A DNA stretch of 64,000 bases from Eledone cirrhosa (GCA_964016885.1 OZ024741.1:228780001-228844000), one strand, 5' to 3'; counted from the first letter of the stretch, positions 27,403 through 41,108 are shown. Numbers and translations: made by a program. The notes: generated from the letters alone by a model not told the origin.

Positions 27403-27515
27403 TGGCTGCCAACTCGTTTTCGAGTACGGCCACTACTTTATATCCATGTAGGAGAACCCCTACCGATGCTCTGAACGAATGTGACTTTTTAGTCCAGCCA
27501 GCGACTTGAAATGTG
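27400..27515 (-). mobile_element. RTE-like 3' end fragment
   Basis: Reverse complement of about 2620-2730. Confidence 0.8.
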
Positions 27516-27881
27516 GTCATATAGCTTCTAATTGAATGCAGGGAAGCATGGGAGGCGTGTTGTTGTAATAGTAACTTATTGGTCCGGCAAACAAACTATG
27601 TGGGTTCGTGTCGCAAGTACGTCAATACTTAGCTTCCTTTCCATTCAGAGATTTTTTAAAAGTTCCAACTAACAGACTAATTCTATTTACCCAAATACGG
27701 CATAAGCATGTGTTACTATATATATAGAAAGAGAGAGAGAGAGAGAAATGACTTCTACAGCACTAGAACTGTTTCATTTATACTCTGCTATGAATTGAGA
27801 ACCTTACTTACTGTGGTTACCCCCGATTGAACCCGGGATAAACATATAAATATATATATATATATGTATAAACAATATATG

Positions 27882-27912
<31 letters not shown>

Positions 27913-27913
<1 letters not shown>

Positions 27914-28320
27914 ATATTAAAATATAAGTATTAATAACATAGATGTTCTTTTGATCAATTACATTTTATTATACATATTTTGGATGTACAACAGTACGTC
28001 CTCATCAGACAAAATATAATGATACATGACATACCCTGAGATGTTAAATGGTTAAGATTTAATCAAGGTAGTAAATCTTAACAATTTAACATCTCAGGGT
28101 ATGTCATGTATCATTATATTTTGTCTGATGAGGACGTACTGTTGTACATCCGAAATATGTATAATAAAATGTAATTGATCAAAAGAACATCTATTTTATT
28201 AATACTTATATTTTAATATTAATAACTCCTGAAAATTATTTTAATCCGTTGAGTGCTTCCAATCTACTCAAAAACTCATTCTTTGACATAATCATCGAAT
28301 ATTGTTTAACAACTTAATAC
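27913..28320 (+). mobile_element. Family F pLTR fold-back (arms 27913-28060 and 28073-28220) plus tail
   Basis: Near-perfect palindrome, axis ~28066; tail ACTC...GTTGAGTGCT at 28249. Confidence 0.9.
28113..28175 (+). ncRNA. Type I hammerhead (family F), intact
   Basis: ATTATATTTTGT-CTGATGA-GGAcGTAC tgtt GTACaTCC-GAAA-TATGTATA-ATAAAATGTAAT; 12-bp helix I; the mirror copy at 27958-28020 has GAAA changed to AAAA. Confidence 0.88.
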
Positions 28321-30265
28321 TTATATATATATGCAAGTTTACGATTCTGTGTGTCTGCCTAAAACTACCAAACTACCGGACCAAACTCCTCAAAATTACA
28401 TGTACATATTCACTATACACTCGGGCAGGTAACGGTCGAAAAAGTTTTTAAGCAAGGAATTCATTTGTATTCAATTTATCTTATTTTCTAATGAATATCA
28501 AAAGACATCATCCATTTTGTTTTTTATGTTCTCCAGTCTATAGATAAGAGAGTGAGGGATGGGAGAGAGAAATAGAGAGAGTAAGGGATGAGTGAGAAAG
28601 AGAGGGAGTGGGAGATGCGAGAGAGAGTAAGGGGATGAGAGAGAAAGAGAGATAGTGGGTGGATGGGAGAAAGAGAGAGTAAGGGATGTGAGAGAGAAAG
28701 AAATAGAGTAAGAGATGAGAGAGTAAGAGAGAGAGTGGGAGAAAGAGAGTAAGAGGATGAGAGAGATAGACGATGAAAGAGAGTGAGGGAAAGCAGCAAG
28801 CGTTGTTAACTTTTATTTATTTATTATTTTTACACACTTTTTAACTCTTCCGCTTCCTTAACGTTATTTATCTTTTTTTTATTTTTTGTTCTCTATTCTG
28901 TAGAGAGAGGGGGATGTGAGAGAAAACAAAGAGAGAGAGAGAGGGAAAGCAGCCAGCGTTCATTAACTTTTAATTATTTATTATTTTTACACACTTCTTA
29001 ACACTCGCAATGTTATTTATCGTTTATTTATTTTTTGTTCGCTATTCTGTAGAGGATGAGAGAGAGAGAAAGAAAGAGAGGAGATGAGAAAGAGAGTGAG
29101 GCGGATGGGTAGAGAAAGACAATAATAAAAGAGAAAAGATGGGAGAGAGAAAAATAAGTAAAAAGGCAGGAGAGAGGGAGGGTGATTGGAGGAATGCTTT
29201 ACCTAACGTGTGTCCGCGTTTATATATACTAGCAGAAAAACCACCCTTCGGCTGGTTTTCTGCTAGCATATGTAGTGTGTATATTGATATTATACGCAGG
29301 TATATATATACATGTAGATATGATACATCAAATAAAATCGTAATTGACAATATATAATACATAGAAATTGAACGCAGACTTATGTAATCAGTAAACGTAA
29401 TCCATGATACATTAAAAAAGACGATATTATATATAAACTGCATTAGGAGAAAATTAGTGACGGAAAATTAGTATGTTTCTTTAAGCTTCGCCATCGGAAG
29501 TGTTGACATTTCAGAAATTTTAAAGAAGTGAATCTTTAAATAAACAAAATATATTTAATGAACAGCCACGAAATTCAGTAGATAAATTTTGTAATATTCA
29601 TTCATTATTTATTTACGGGGTCGATAAAATAAAGTACCAGTAATGCACTGGGTAATTGCTGGCCTTGTGCCAAAAGTAGAAACAATTATTTATTCAAAGT
29701 AATCCAACTTATTTTACAAACGGGATAAAAAAAAATAAACCGTACGCAATCCCCCAGACCTTCCTTTATTAAAGTTTAGATATTTACACACACATATGTG
29801 TGTGTTATGGGGGTGTGGTGGTGGTGTGTGTGTGGGGGGGGGGGGGGGGGGGCGTTCTTTAGCAGACGATGTATGTTACCATCAAAGCTTATTTTCTAAA
29901 TATGTCTAAAGAAATCACAGATGCTTTTATAGAAGTTGTATATATGTATGTATTTAACAGACAAAAAAAAAACGGTATTTTTAAAAGATATTATTTGAAT
30001 ATATTATTTTCCGCTGTTATTTGAATTAACACAGAAAATATTTCTTTTGTAGTGTTTGTGGTTTTTTTTTGGGGGGGGGGGTGGAGTTGGATAAAAAATG
30101 ATAATTTCAGAATACAATCTGAAATCACAATATTTTCTACATATGTCTAAAATTAATTACACCTAATATACATTCATCTAAAGAGATCATTTAAAACAAC
30201 TTTACTGAGTGAACAATACATTCTATAGTTGTTTCTATTTCGGAAAGAGTGTGGTGTGTAATAAT

Positions 30266-30328
30266 TGTTTCTACTTTTGGCACAAGGGCAGCAATTATTC
30301 CAGTGCATTACTGGTACTTTATTTTATC
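30266..30328 (-). mobile_element. 5'-truncated SINE family 1 with 17 bp TSD
   Basis: GTGTGGTGTGTAATAAT at 30249-30265 and 30329-30345. Confidence 0.85.
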
Positions 30329-30355
30329 GTGTGGTGTGTAATAATATCACTTTAA

Positions 30356-33300
30356 ATGCCTAGAAAATGTTCCAGTTCATTATATGTAAGGTCATCTTCA
30401 GAGGCTAAGAGAAAGAAAATACAGCGATCTGAAGAAAGTGAAGAAGTTCGGCTTGCCCGTCTAGCTGCTAACAGAGCCCAAACAGCTTTAGCACGAGCAC
30501 ACCGTTTGGATAAAAGGGAACAAAGGACTGCTGCTACACGAGAACAACAAATTAAGGAACAGCAGCAAATCAGACGAAATGCTAATCAAGCACATCGTTC
30601 TACTGCCCGAGCAGGAGAACAAGCCACAAGTAAAGTGAACTGGCTGGTGGGTGCTTTTTCTGATGACCCCCAAAATGACTACAGCAGTAATCCACAAATC
30701 AACATTAGGAAAATGAATAAATGCTGTCAGTATTGTGGTGCCAAGAAGTGGGCAGCAGAAACACCAAGTTTATGCTGCTCAAAAGGGAAAGTGAGCCTTA
30801 AAACAATACAAGAACCTCCTGAATTTCTGAAGAATCTGCTCCTTCAGCATACACCAGAAGCACGACACTTCAATAAATACATCATAAAATATAATTCTGT
30901 CTTTCAAATGGCATCTTTTGGGGCTGACAGGATGTGACTGACTTTAGATTCTGTACAACTTATAAAATTCAGGGGCAGTGGGTGGCCTTCTGCCACTTTC
31001 ACAGGAGCCTCACACATTTGTGCAGGTTTACTTCATGGGTGGAAATGAAACAGGCACAACAAAGATGTACCAATATCCATGGTGGATTGCAGTTCTACAT
31101 AGTCATAAAGTTACAATAAATGCTTCACCGACATCACATGTACGTCAGTGTATTTAAATATGTACTGGAGCATATGAACAACACAGGAGATTGTAAAATC
31201 ATCATTAGGGCAGAGAAACGCCCAGCTTCAGAACACGAACGCAGATTCAATGCACCTGTCACTGATGAAGCAAGATACAATGGCCTATGTCAGAAAATTT
31301 GGTCGGCCAGATCTCTTCATTACATTTACATGCAATTCAAATGAATTATTTCAAATTCAAAAACCAAAGGATCGACATGACCTCATTGCTCGGGTTTTCC
31401 ATGAAAAGCAAAAAAAAAAACTCATCTGGCTCCTAAAAGAAGGAAGAATCTTTGGTGAGCTTAGTGCTTGGATGACCACTATTGAGTGGCAGAAGAGAGG
31501 TCTTCCTTACTCTCACACCCTAATCTGGTGCAAGGAGAAGATAAGACCAGATTATGTTGATAAGATCATTTCAGCAGAGTTGCCTGATAAAGGTGGTGAT
31601 CCAGAGCTCTTTGAAACCATCAAGTCCAAACTCATTCATGGTCCATGTGGAGTCATCAATCCAGCCTATCCCTGCATGAAAGATAAAAAATGCAGCAAAC
31701 ATTATCCTAGCGCTTTTATTCGAGAAACTCGGACTGACAATAATGGATACCCCCTTTATCGTAGGCGTAGACCAAAACATGGAAGCAATATTACAAGCCT
31801 AACAGTTCGAGGAGAGGAGCTGACCATAAACAATCAGTGGGTCGTCCCACACAACAAATTGTTGTATAAATTTTTAAAAGCTCATATCAATGTTGAGTAT
31901 TGCAGCTCCGCCAAGGCAATCCTATATGTTACAAAATATATCAACAAGGGCAGTGACATGGCTACCATTACTACTGACAAAGAACTCAATGATGGTGGAC
32001 TGGATGAGGTCAAACGGTATCAAACAGGTCGATACATCTCCAGCAATGAATATATCTGGCGAATCTTTGGATTTGATATCCATCAACGCCACCCAACAGT
32101 GGTCAACCTCGCAGTGATTCTGGAAAATGGACAGAACTGAGATCACTGCTAATCAGTTGGCTCAAGCATCACATAACACTACACTAACTGATTTCTTTAA
32201 ACTCTGCCAGAATGATGAATTTGCTCGATCCCTCCTATATGCTGAAGTCGCAACATACTATACCTGGACCAGTTGCAAGACCTGGAATCGAAGAAAGCAG
32301 GGTCATTTAGTGGAAGGTCATGAAGTCAAGTCAAGTGATGCTATTGGGCGTGTTTACAATGTCCATCCCAACAACAGAGAATGTTTTTATTTACGGCTAC
32401 TTCTGCTGTTTTTATTTACGGCTACTGTTCGAGGACCAACGTCATTAGAGGATCTTAGGTGCTTCAGCGGAAGGGAGTATGGACTCCTGAATGACAATGG
32501 ACACTGGAAGAAGTGCCTAGAAGAAGCAGCAATCACTCAAGTAGCCAGTCAAATAAGACAATTATTTGCTATTATACTCACAACATGTGGAGTTGATGAA
32601 GCTCATCTACTCTGGCAGGAGTCGGACGACTATCTACACCTAGCCCGAAGACATCATGGCAATATGTATATGGAATATACCCCAGGATTTACAATCAAGC
32701 TCTCTGTGACCTGCCCCATCGAGTTCAGGCAATGAATAGCACATTTGCTAACTGTGGGATGCCAGAGCCAGATGAAGAAATGGAGGTAGCACAAGACATT
32801 TTTCAGGAGTCAAACTACGATATTCAAGCATTGCGTAAGTTTGTGGATGAAAGTGAACCTCAATTGATGGATGACTAGAAATACGCCTACGAAAACATCA
32901 TCGAAAACATTCAAAATGACAGGGGAGTACTTTTCTTCATCGATGCTCCTGCTTGCGAAAGTTCGCCAAAAGCAACATATTGCCCTTGCTGTGGCTTCAA
33001 GTGGCATTGCAGCACACATCTGGATGGAGCAAGAACTGCACACTCCATGTTTAAGCTGCCCATAGGTCTCACACGGCATGAACAATCTTTTTGCAACATC
33101 AAGAATAACTCACCTAAGGGCAAGCTTCTGCAAACATGCAAGATGATAATTTGGGATGAGGCTACTATGTGCCATAAAGGAGCAATTGAAGCTTTGGACC
33201 GGACGATAAGGGATCTGAAAGAAAATAGTTGCATAATGGGAGGAGTGACAAAGGTTCTTGCTGGTGATTTCAGACAAACTCTGCCTGTAATTCTTCGAGG

Positions 33301-34173
33301 GACTCGAGCTAATCAGGTCAATGCCTGCCTGTAAACATCCTATCTCTTGTCCCACTTTCAGCTGCTAAGCCTTACAACCAACATGCAAGTGCACTTAATT
33401 GGTGACGAAGGTGTCAGTGAGTTTGCCATCCAACTACTTAAATTGGCAAATGGACTTCTTGAATAGGACTCCAATGACCATATTCAGTTGTCATTTGGCT
33501 ATATCATTGACACAGAACAAGAACTGATTGCCAGAGTGTTTCCAAACATTCAGACCAGGCAATGTCATCCGAAATGGCTCTGTAAACGAGCAATCTTAGC
33601 ACCTAAAAATGTTGCTGTGAAAGAAATCAACAGAAGGCTGCTGGAGATGTTACCGGGAGAGAAAATATGCTACAAATCAGTTGACACAATCACTTCTCAA
33701 GATCAGGTTGTAAACTATCCAACTGAATTGAACAAGCGGGAATTCCTCCACTCAACCCAATACTGAAGCTTGGAACATCGGTTATGCTACTTCGCAATCT
33801 GGATCCTCCAAAACTTTGTAATGGCACAAGACTCATTATCAAAAATATGATGTGCAATGTTCTAGAAGTTGCAATCATGTCAGGGAAATTTGCTGGTGAC
33901 AATTGTTTCATTCCCAGAATACCTCTGAAGCCAACTGATTTACCATTTGAATTTCAAAGACTTCAATTTCCGATCAGGCTCAGTTTTGCCATGACCATTA
34001 ATAAATCACAAGGGCAATCATTGAAAGTCGTTGGGTTGCATCTGGCAGACCCTGTCTTTTCACATGGTCAACTCTATGTTGGCATAACAAAGGTTGGGCA
34101 TCCTGATTGTTTCTTCATTGTGGCACCACAGGGCAAAACCAAGAATGTTGTTTATCCAGAGGCTTTGGAATGA
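30356..34173 (+). pseudogene. Helitron Rep/Pif1-like helicase, frameshifted and internally deleted
   Basis: CQYCGAKKW...CCSKGKV; GRPDLFITFTCN; IEWQKRGLPYSH; YVTKYINKG; AVASSGIAA; IIWDEATM; LAGDFRQTLPV; AILAPKN; MLLRNL..CNGTRL; QFPIRLSFAMTINKSQGQS; FSHGQLYV. Confidence 0.95.
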
Positions 34174-34289
34174 GCAATGTCGTAATTCCTCATTCAATGA
34201 CAATACACACAGATCCTATTCCTTAGTCATGTAGTTTGCAAGGAATTCTGAAGCCGCAAATTTACTGCATGATGTTACTTTGGAAGAAT

Positions 34290-34318
34290 GTGCAGGCATT
34301 CCCGGGTACCTCTGCTAT
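34290..34318 (+). other. Probable Helitron 3' terminus remnant
   Basis: GCAGGCATTCCCGGGTACCTCTGCTAT: GC-rich hairpin-like segment then CTAT (CTRR expected), ~120 bp after the ORF. Confidence 0.45.
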
Positions 34319-35716
34319 ATAAAGTAGTATAAGTGAGGACTTTGTTGGGTAGAAATAGCAGCCAAATTTCCTTCAAATCCCACCTTACCTTCTCAGGTAT
34401 GTATATATGTATGAAGCAAAAAGGAATGATTCTACGTGATAACTCTATCTACTAGAAATATTAGCAAAATCCATTTCAAATCACAAACAACTGTCTTACA
34501 CACATACATGTGTGTGTATGTATCTATGTATGTCATGTGAGCCACTATAACTGTTGGTATAGCTAATAGAAATAGAAAACAAATCTCCCTCAAACAAGAT
34601 CCTACTGCCATAGAAGCAAAGATTACAGTGTACAAATTTAAATACATTTTCCCCGAATTACAGAAATGAGTAAGTAAATGCTTCATTCAATCATAAACCA
34701 ATGCTAAATTTATTTTCTTATTTTATTTATGGTTTTTAAAATAGTCTTTACATGTTTGAATTTCAGAGGTTCAGATTGAGTAAAAAAAAAAAGAAAGAAA
34801 GAAAAGGATAAATAAAAAAAATCTAAATGTATTTTTTTGGTCATGGGCTTTTCACTGACAACATACCTAATGATTCATCTATGAGTAAAGCATTATATAT
34901 GCTGACTGTAATAGGGAGCAGTATTAAAAAAATCACCACTGGAAAAAACTAATATTTTCATCTAGATGATTTACTTTGACCAAACGGCAATAAATGTTCT
35001 GCTATAATTCCTACTTTGGTTAAAATTCAGCAATCATATTTGAATGGTCAAATATTTTGTAATGTGTGCCAAATATATTGTAACTTTCATATAGCTCAGC
35101 TAGTATATATATAAACAATATATATATATATTGTTTATATATAGTTATATATATGTATACACACACATGCACACACATAAACATAAGGTCAATATAATGG
35201 TGATGTTGATGGGGAGATAATCATGGAAATCTAGAGCCATATATTTTTTCTCCTAGCCGTTATAATTAGTTAATTAATAAATAAATAAATTTATTGTTTA
35301 TTGTTTGTTTGAAAACCTAGTTGAGAGCTTACTTCGAGACTGTGAATAAATCCTTTGTTCACACTTTTGAATGTACCCGCCAAAAATAGGTAAATTGACC
35401 TTCCTATTTTTTTAGAAAGAACACGTGACCTCCCTGCCATATTTACTACTACAGTAGAATGGCTATGTTGTCTCAGGATCTGATAAAAGACCTGTTGACG
35501 AAGAGAAATCCCCGTTCATTCTTAGGATACATTACTGACATGTATATACGTTACGCAACTTTGAGTGTAACTTCCGTTTACCAGAAACCTATCGAAGATA
35601 TTTATCGATTAATATCTATCGATCAAGTCCAGGTTCATCTTGAACATATCTGTATTTTCGTTGTTGTAGTATTAATGTGGCAACATGTTCCTGATCACAT
35701 TATTTATTCTGTTACT

Positions 35717-35896
35717 GGATTGGCAGTATCGGTAGAGAGTCGGACGCCATGCTTTCCAGCATAGTTACGTCCCTTTACGATCTGAGTTCAAATCCCGCCG
35801 AGGTTGACTTTGCCTTTCATCCTTACAGGGTCGATAAAATAAAGTACCAGTAATACACTGGGTAATTGCTGGCCTTGTGCCTAAAAGTAGAAACAA
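35717..35896 (+). mobile_element. SINE family 1 with 17 bp TSD
   Basis: TTATTTATTCTGTTACT on both sides; A box TGGCAGTATCGG, B box GAGTTCAAATCC. Confidence 0.92.
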
Positions 35897-36536
35897 TTAT
35901 TTATTCTGTTACTATTACCTAACTTCTTGTATTCACTCTGAGGAAAAATTGATTAAGTACTTTATCATAGAGTGCTTCGAGGAAGTCTTCGATGACCGAG
36001 ACCGAGACTGATCTGATACTTGCAGCGGCAACTTCGATTATACTCATGCTTTGCAGCAAAGAGTTACGGTCCTTTATGGTCTGGGTTCAAATCCCGCCGA
36101 GGTTAACTTTGCCTGTCATCCTTACGGTACACTGTTATCCTTACGGTACACTGGGGTAATTGCTGGCCTTGGGCCAAAAATAGAAACAATTGTATATATA
36201 TGTGTGTGTGTGTGTTTGTTTGTGTGTGTGTGTGCGCGCGTGTGTGCGTGTGTGTGTGCATGTATATATATATGTATGTATGTATGCGGTTTCAGCTTGT
36301 ATGTTCGGCAATGTGTATGTGTGTGTGGGGGGGGGCGTGTGTGTGTGTATATATATATTTCTAGGGCGGGTAAAATTCCCGAGATCCATGGACGAGTTCT
36401 CGCCAGTAGTCTCTGTCCCTCATTATCGCTGCCATGTCCTGCGTCTCCAACAGACCAGTGTCTGTCCTTAGGGCATCAACATACGTTAAACTTGGTCTTC
36501 CTCTTCCAGTGTGTCCATGTGTATATATATATATAT

Positions 36537-37330
36537 TTATTAAAATAACAGATTAAAGTTTAAACAAAGAATCGCTGCTTTCACTCGTAACGGGATCTTC
36601 TGAAACTAAAACAATCTATCTGTGAACGCAGAAGTCAATATTTCAAAAAACGTTGCAACCGGAGGAAGACAGGGAGACAATACTTTGGTTCGTGGAAACG
36701 TTCCCTGGCAAAGAACGAAAAAAAACGAAAATAATACGTCATTATTTGGAGCGGTGAAAAACAATTACACGCAAAGACAAAACCACGTTTATGGTATAAA
36801 TGAAGTCGTAGACTAATATTCTACTAGGTGGTTCGTGGAGACGTTCTCTGGCAATGAACGAAAAAAAAGAAGATAATACGTCTTTATGTGGTGCGTGAGA
36901 ACAATTACACGCAAAGACAAAACCACGTATATGGTATAACTGAAGTCGTAGACTAAAATTCTATTTAGGAAACCGAATGATTCTCGGCTTCAGAGTTAAA
37001 AATAAAGTAAATAAATTGCAGAGGTAATTGAAATTAAATATATACATGCACGCATCCATATACGTACATACACAAGCAACCGCGAAAACGCTCGCCATGG
37101 GTATGCAAATACAAGCACGTACAAAAAAAAAATAACACGCGCGCACATACAGAACCCACGCAACACCTGTACCCGCACACATACGAACGTATACACCAAA
37201 TACACATAAAATATATATAAAAGTATATATATATGTGTGTGTGTGTGTGTGTGCGTGTATACATATAATTAAATAAACGTATATAAATATACACACAATA
37301 CGTATATAACGCGCGCACACACACACCTAC
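36537..37330 (-). mobile_element. Second copy of the 3' region and family C pLTR of the 6727-8725 PLE
   Basis: Colinear with 6745-7390; hammerhead variant at 36557-36607 (CAGAAGA core). Confidence 0.88.
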
Positions 37331-38092
37331 GAGTTATTACTATATATGTATATATATATATATGATTGTAGTTTCGGCTTGAGTGTTCGGCAAATGTGCA
37401 TGTGTGTATGCATTTTTGTATGTTTGTGTGTGCGCGTGCGTGCGTGTGTGTGTGTGTGTGTGTGTGTGTTTGCGTGTGTGTGTGTGTATTCATGCATATA
37501 TATGTATATAAATTTAGTCACACTCTACCACCTCTGCTTCTGGTTTTCACTAATATCATTCTTTAGATTTCTATTAATTCCTTATGGAATTGTTTGACCA
37601 ACTCTTATTGTTAAGTGATTCATTTGTTTGTTTTCTTTCTCTAAGATTTCAGATATTTCTTTGAAAGCAACATTTTGACAGTTATCAATATTTTAATTAA
37701 AGTTTTAATCAATATTTTATCATTTAAATTTTTAAAACTTTATTTTGACTTTATAATACATTTTAGCATTTTTAGACCTAAAACAAATGTCAATTTGCTA
37801 TTTTTGATCAAAATATGTTGTTCTGCTATATCTTGGCTATTTTAAACTTTCGTAGACTTTTAGACTCTTTAGCTTTTGAAGAAGCTTTCGTAACCATATT
37901 TTCCTTGATCCGTATGCGTAACATTCACTCAGAACTTCCAATGTATAAGGAACAACATCCTCTACATGTGACCGTGTAGACCACATACGATTACATGCAC
38001 ACTTTCGCGTTGTTGATGGGACAGATCCGGAATGTGCATATATTGCTGCATGCTCCTCAGGGAGGGTCACGAATGTGCCAGTTGAATGCATA

Positions 38093-38182
<90 letters not shown>

Positions 38183-38207
38183 TATACACTATTAATATTA
38201 TTGGGCA

Positions 38208-38330
38208 CCCACTGAAGAATTATAAGAGCCCACTTATATAAGTATCTGTTGAACTTATACAAGCTTCTACATAATTTGGTATAATTTCACCCAACTTGTA
38301 GAAATCTTATAATGAAACGAGTCGTCTGGG
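38208..38330 (+). ncRNA. Type I hammerhead (family G) with 77 nt insert in loop II
   Basis: CCCA-CTGAAGA-ATTATAAGA-(77 nt)-TCTTATAAT-GAAA-CGAGTCGT-C-TGGG; truncated minus copy at ~52060-52295 has helix III ACGATCGT-A. Confidence 0.8.
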
Positions 38331-38507
38331 AAGAGATATATTTGATATATCTCATATGAAATGATACAGCCAATTCTCCACACAATACAATATAGTTAGC
38401 ACCCCGAACGTTTAATTAGGAATATACTCAGATATTTCCTAATGTTTGTTGAGTGAGTTGGAATTTGGCCGGAGTATCGCTATTAGCTTTCTCCGTTTGT
38501 GTGTGTT

Positions 38508-38620
<113 letters not shown>

Positions 38621-38814
38621 TAAAATAACATTAAAGTTTAAGCAAAGAATCATACACACACACACACACACACACATATATATGTATATACTCCATGTGG
38701 TAAACCTTTCGTGGTAGGGTTTACACCGAGGTAACACAACAGTTAGTTCACCATACCGAGAACAATTGTTTCACCTTTGCGGATCCGCAGCTCGTAATAT
38801 ATTTATATATATAT

Positions 38815-38960
38815 ACACCAGGGGGCTAACGCCCTCTGGTGATGTCCAGCAGAAGCAAGGGGGACAACCGTCAATGCATTTCGGTTAAGCCTGAAATGCA
38901 TAGACGGTTGTCCCCCTTGCTTCTGCTGGACATCACCAGAGGACGTTAGCCCCCCGGTGT
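38815..38960. repeat. GC-rich fold-back whose axis sits just 5' of a hammerhead-like GAAA-TGCAT-A
   Basis: CACCAGGGGGCTAACG...ATGCATTTC ggttaagcct GAAATGCAT...CGTTAGCCCCCGGTG. Confidence 0.8.
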
Positions 38961-39085
38961 TTGCATAGCTACGGCTTCCTAAAATCGTATTTTTGGGATA
39001 TACGAAATATTTATACATATTGCAATATTGTATAAAGCTATGCTTGAAGCGAAATCCTATTTCTTATATATATATATATATATGC

Positions 39086-39134
<49 letters not shown>

Positions 39135-39569
39135 AGTAATTGTAAAGACCCCATCGGGCATGAATGACTTAGAATGTTCCTCTCACAGGCACAAGACCAG
39201 GCAAGGTGGTTTTGTAGAGGCCCAGCAGTCGTCCATACACACCAGTCTCCCCTATCCACGCTACGATGTCGTCAAAGAGAAAGGCAAAGTACTCATTTCT
39301 ACAGCTAAGTGAATTGGAGCAACATGAAATAGACAGCCTTGCTCAAGGACCCAATGTGCATCATCCGGTCTGAGAATCGAACTCTCTAACCACTAAGCCG
39401 CGCGCCTTTATATATATATATATATGAAAATGTTCAAGACCCCGACGGCAGAGCTCAAGCCGTCTCGACGGCTATTTATGGACTACAATACCCTAAGTAT
39501 TGAGTACTCAGGTACGTTAGGATCCACCAGGTTCCTTACCACACTTTCTTCGTTATATATATATATATA

Positions 39570-40204
39570 TACTATGAATAACGAGTTCTAAACTCAAACA
39601 GTCCTTTACAATGAATAGACTTATATGTTGGCATTAGTGTTTATCAAATATATTAATTTATATTAACTTGTATTACACGGCTCAGAAATACTTCTTTCTT
39701 TGAGCTATTTCATTGTAAAGGACTGTTTGAGTTTAGAACTCGTTATTCATAGTATCACGGCTCCTTCTGTCGAGCTAATTTTTAGCCCCATAAAAACGGC
39801 TGTTATTTCTAGCAGCACGAGTATGAGGCAGCTAGACACTGAAAAATCATGTGCGTTATTCAGTCTTCTTAAATATTTTGAAGTGAAACATACCAATTTT
39901 TCAGGATACTTGCTGAAGAGATCTGAATTTGGTATTTTTTCACTTTTTCATTTATCGAAACATTTGGATTTTAAAGTTTAAACTTATCTACGGAACAGGT
40001 TTGGATTTTGAAATTTAAATTTGTCCAAGTACCACGGCCATTTGCCAATATGATTTGATTTTATTGATTTATTATTTTAAATCGAGACAGGCAAACTGTA
40101 TTATGATAATTAGTATTTTTCAATCTAGCTAACTTAGTCATTTTCAATACAAGCACTTATATGTTGGTATTAGTGTTTATCAAATATATTAATTTATATT
40201 AACT

Positions 40205-40208
<4 letters not shown>
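39570..40208 (+). mobile_element. Family H pLTR unit with terminal direct repeat (period 536 bp) and hammerhead-like fold at 39907-40031
   Basis: ACTTATATGTTGGYATTAGTG...AACTTGTAT at 39619 and 40155; TACTTG-CTGAAGA...GGAA-CAGGTTT/AAATTTG-TC-CAAGTA; rearranged relative at 63697-64000 has GAAA. Confidence 0.7.
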
Positions 40209-40294
<86 letters not shown>

Positions 40295-40610
40295 TAGTTC
40301 TGTATGCCATTCAGCGTGACACACGCTGTGTCAAAGGCACTTTTAATTATAGGCATACTTTTACCAGCTGGGTTGACCTGAACAACGGGAAATAGAATGT
40401 ACCACCGAAGATCAGAGTGCGACGCCGCGAATGGAACTCATTACTATACAATCGTCAGCCTGAAACCCTACGATGAGGCGACGTACGTTCATCCATGTGT
40501 GTGTGTGTGCGCATGTGTGTTTTTCTGTGTGTGGATTTTTTTTGGGGTGGAGGGGGTCTGTGAATTTTTGTACTTATGTGTATGTATGCGTATAAATATA
40601 ACATATATAA

Positions 40611-40694
<84 letters not shown>

Positions 40695-40778
40695 AAAATG
40701 GCGTAGGCATTACAATACAACGAGAGGAGGAAACATAATGATGTCGCAGATGTGTGACGGAAGAACTTTGACTATATG

Positions 40779-40839
<61 letters not shown>

Positions 40840-41061
40840 CTGTATTTTTAACCGTTGGTCGATCAATGATAAACATTGATTGCCAAATAAATTAACTATG
40901 GAGATATAAATAATACAAAAGCGAAAACTAACCCAAACCAAACCGTGAGTGTGTTCTGTTATTATTTCTGGCAATATTACAACAATATGACCCTCCTCAA
41001 ATATAACAACATAAACATTTACGCACACAAGTCGCGCGCGCGTGTGTGTACATATATGCAC

Positions 41062-41108
<47 letters not shown>

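Noticed and set aside
28325-29230. Possible non-autonomous Helitron-like element upstream of the Rep-helicase
   Set aside because: Only a vague resemblance of termini, interior is GA-rich low complexity, and there is no second copy in the window
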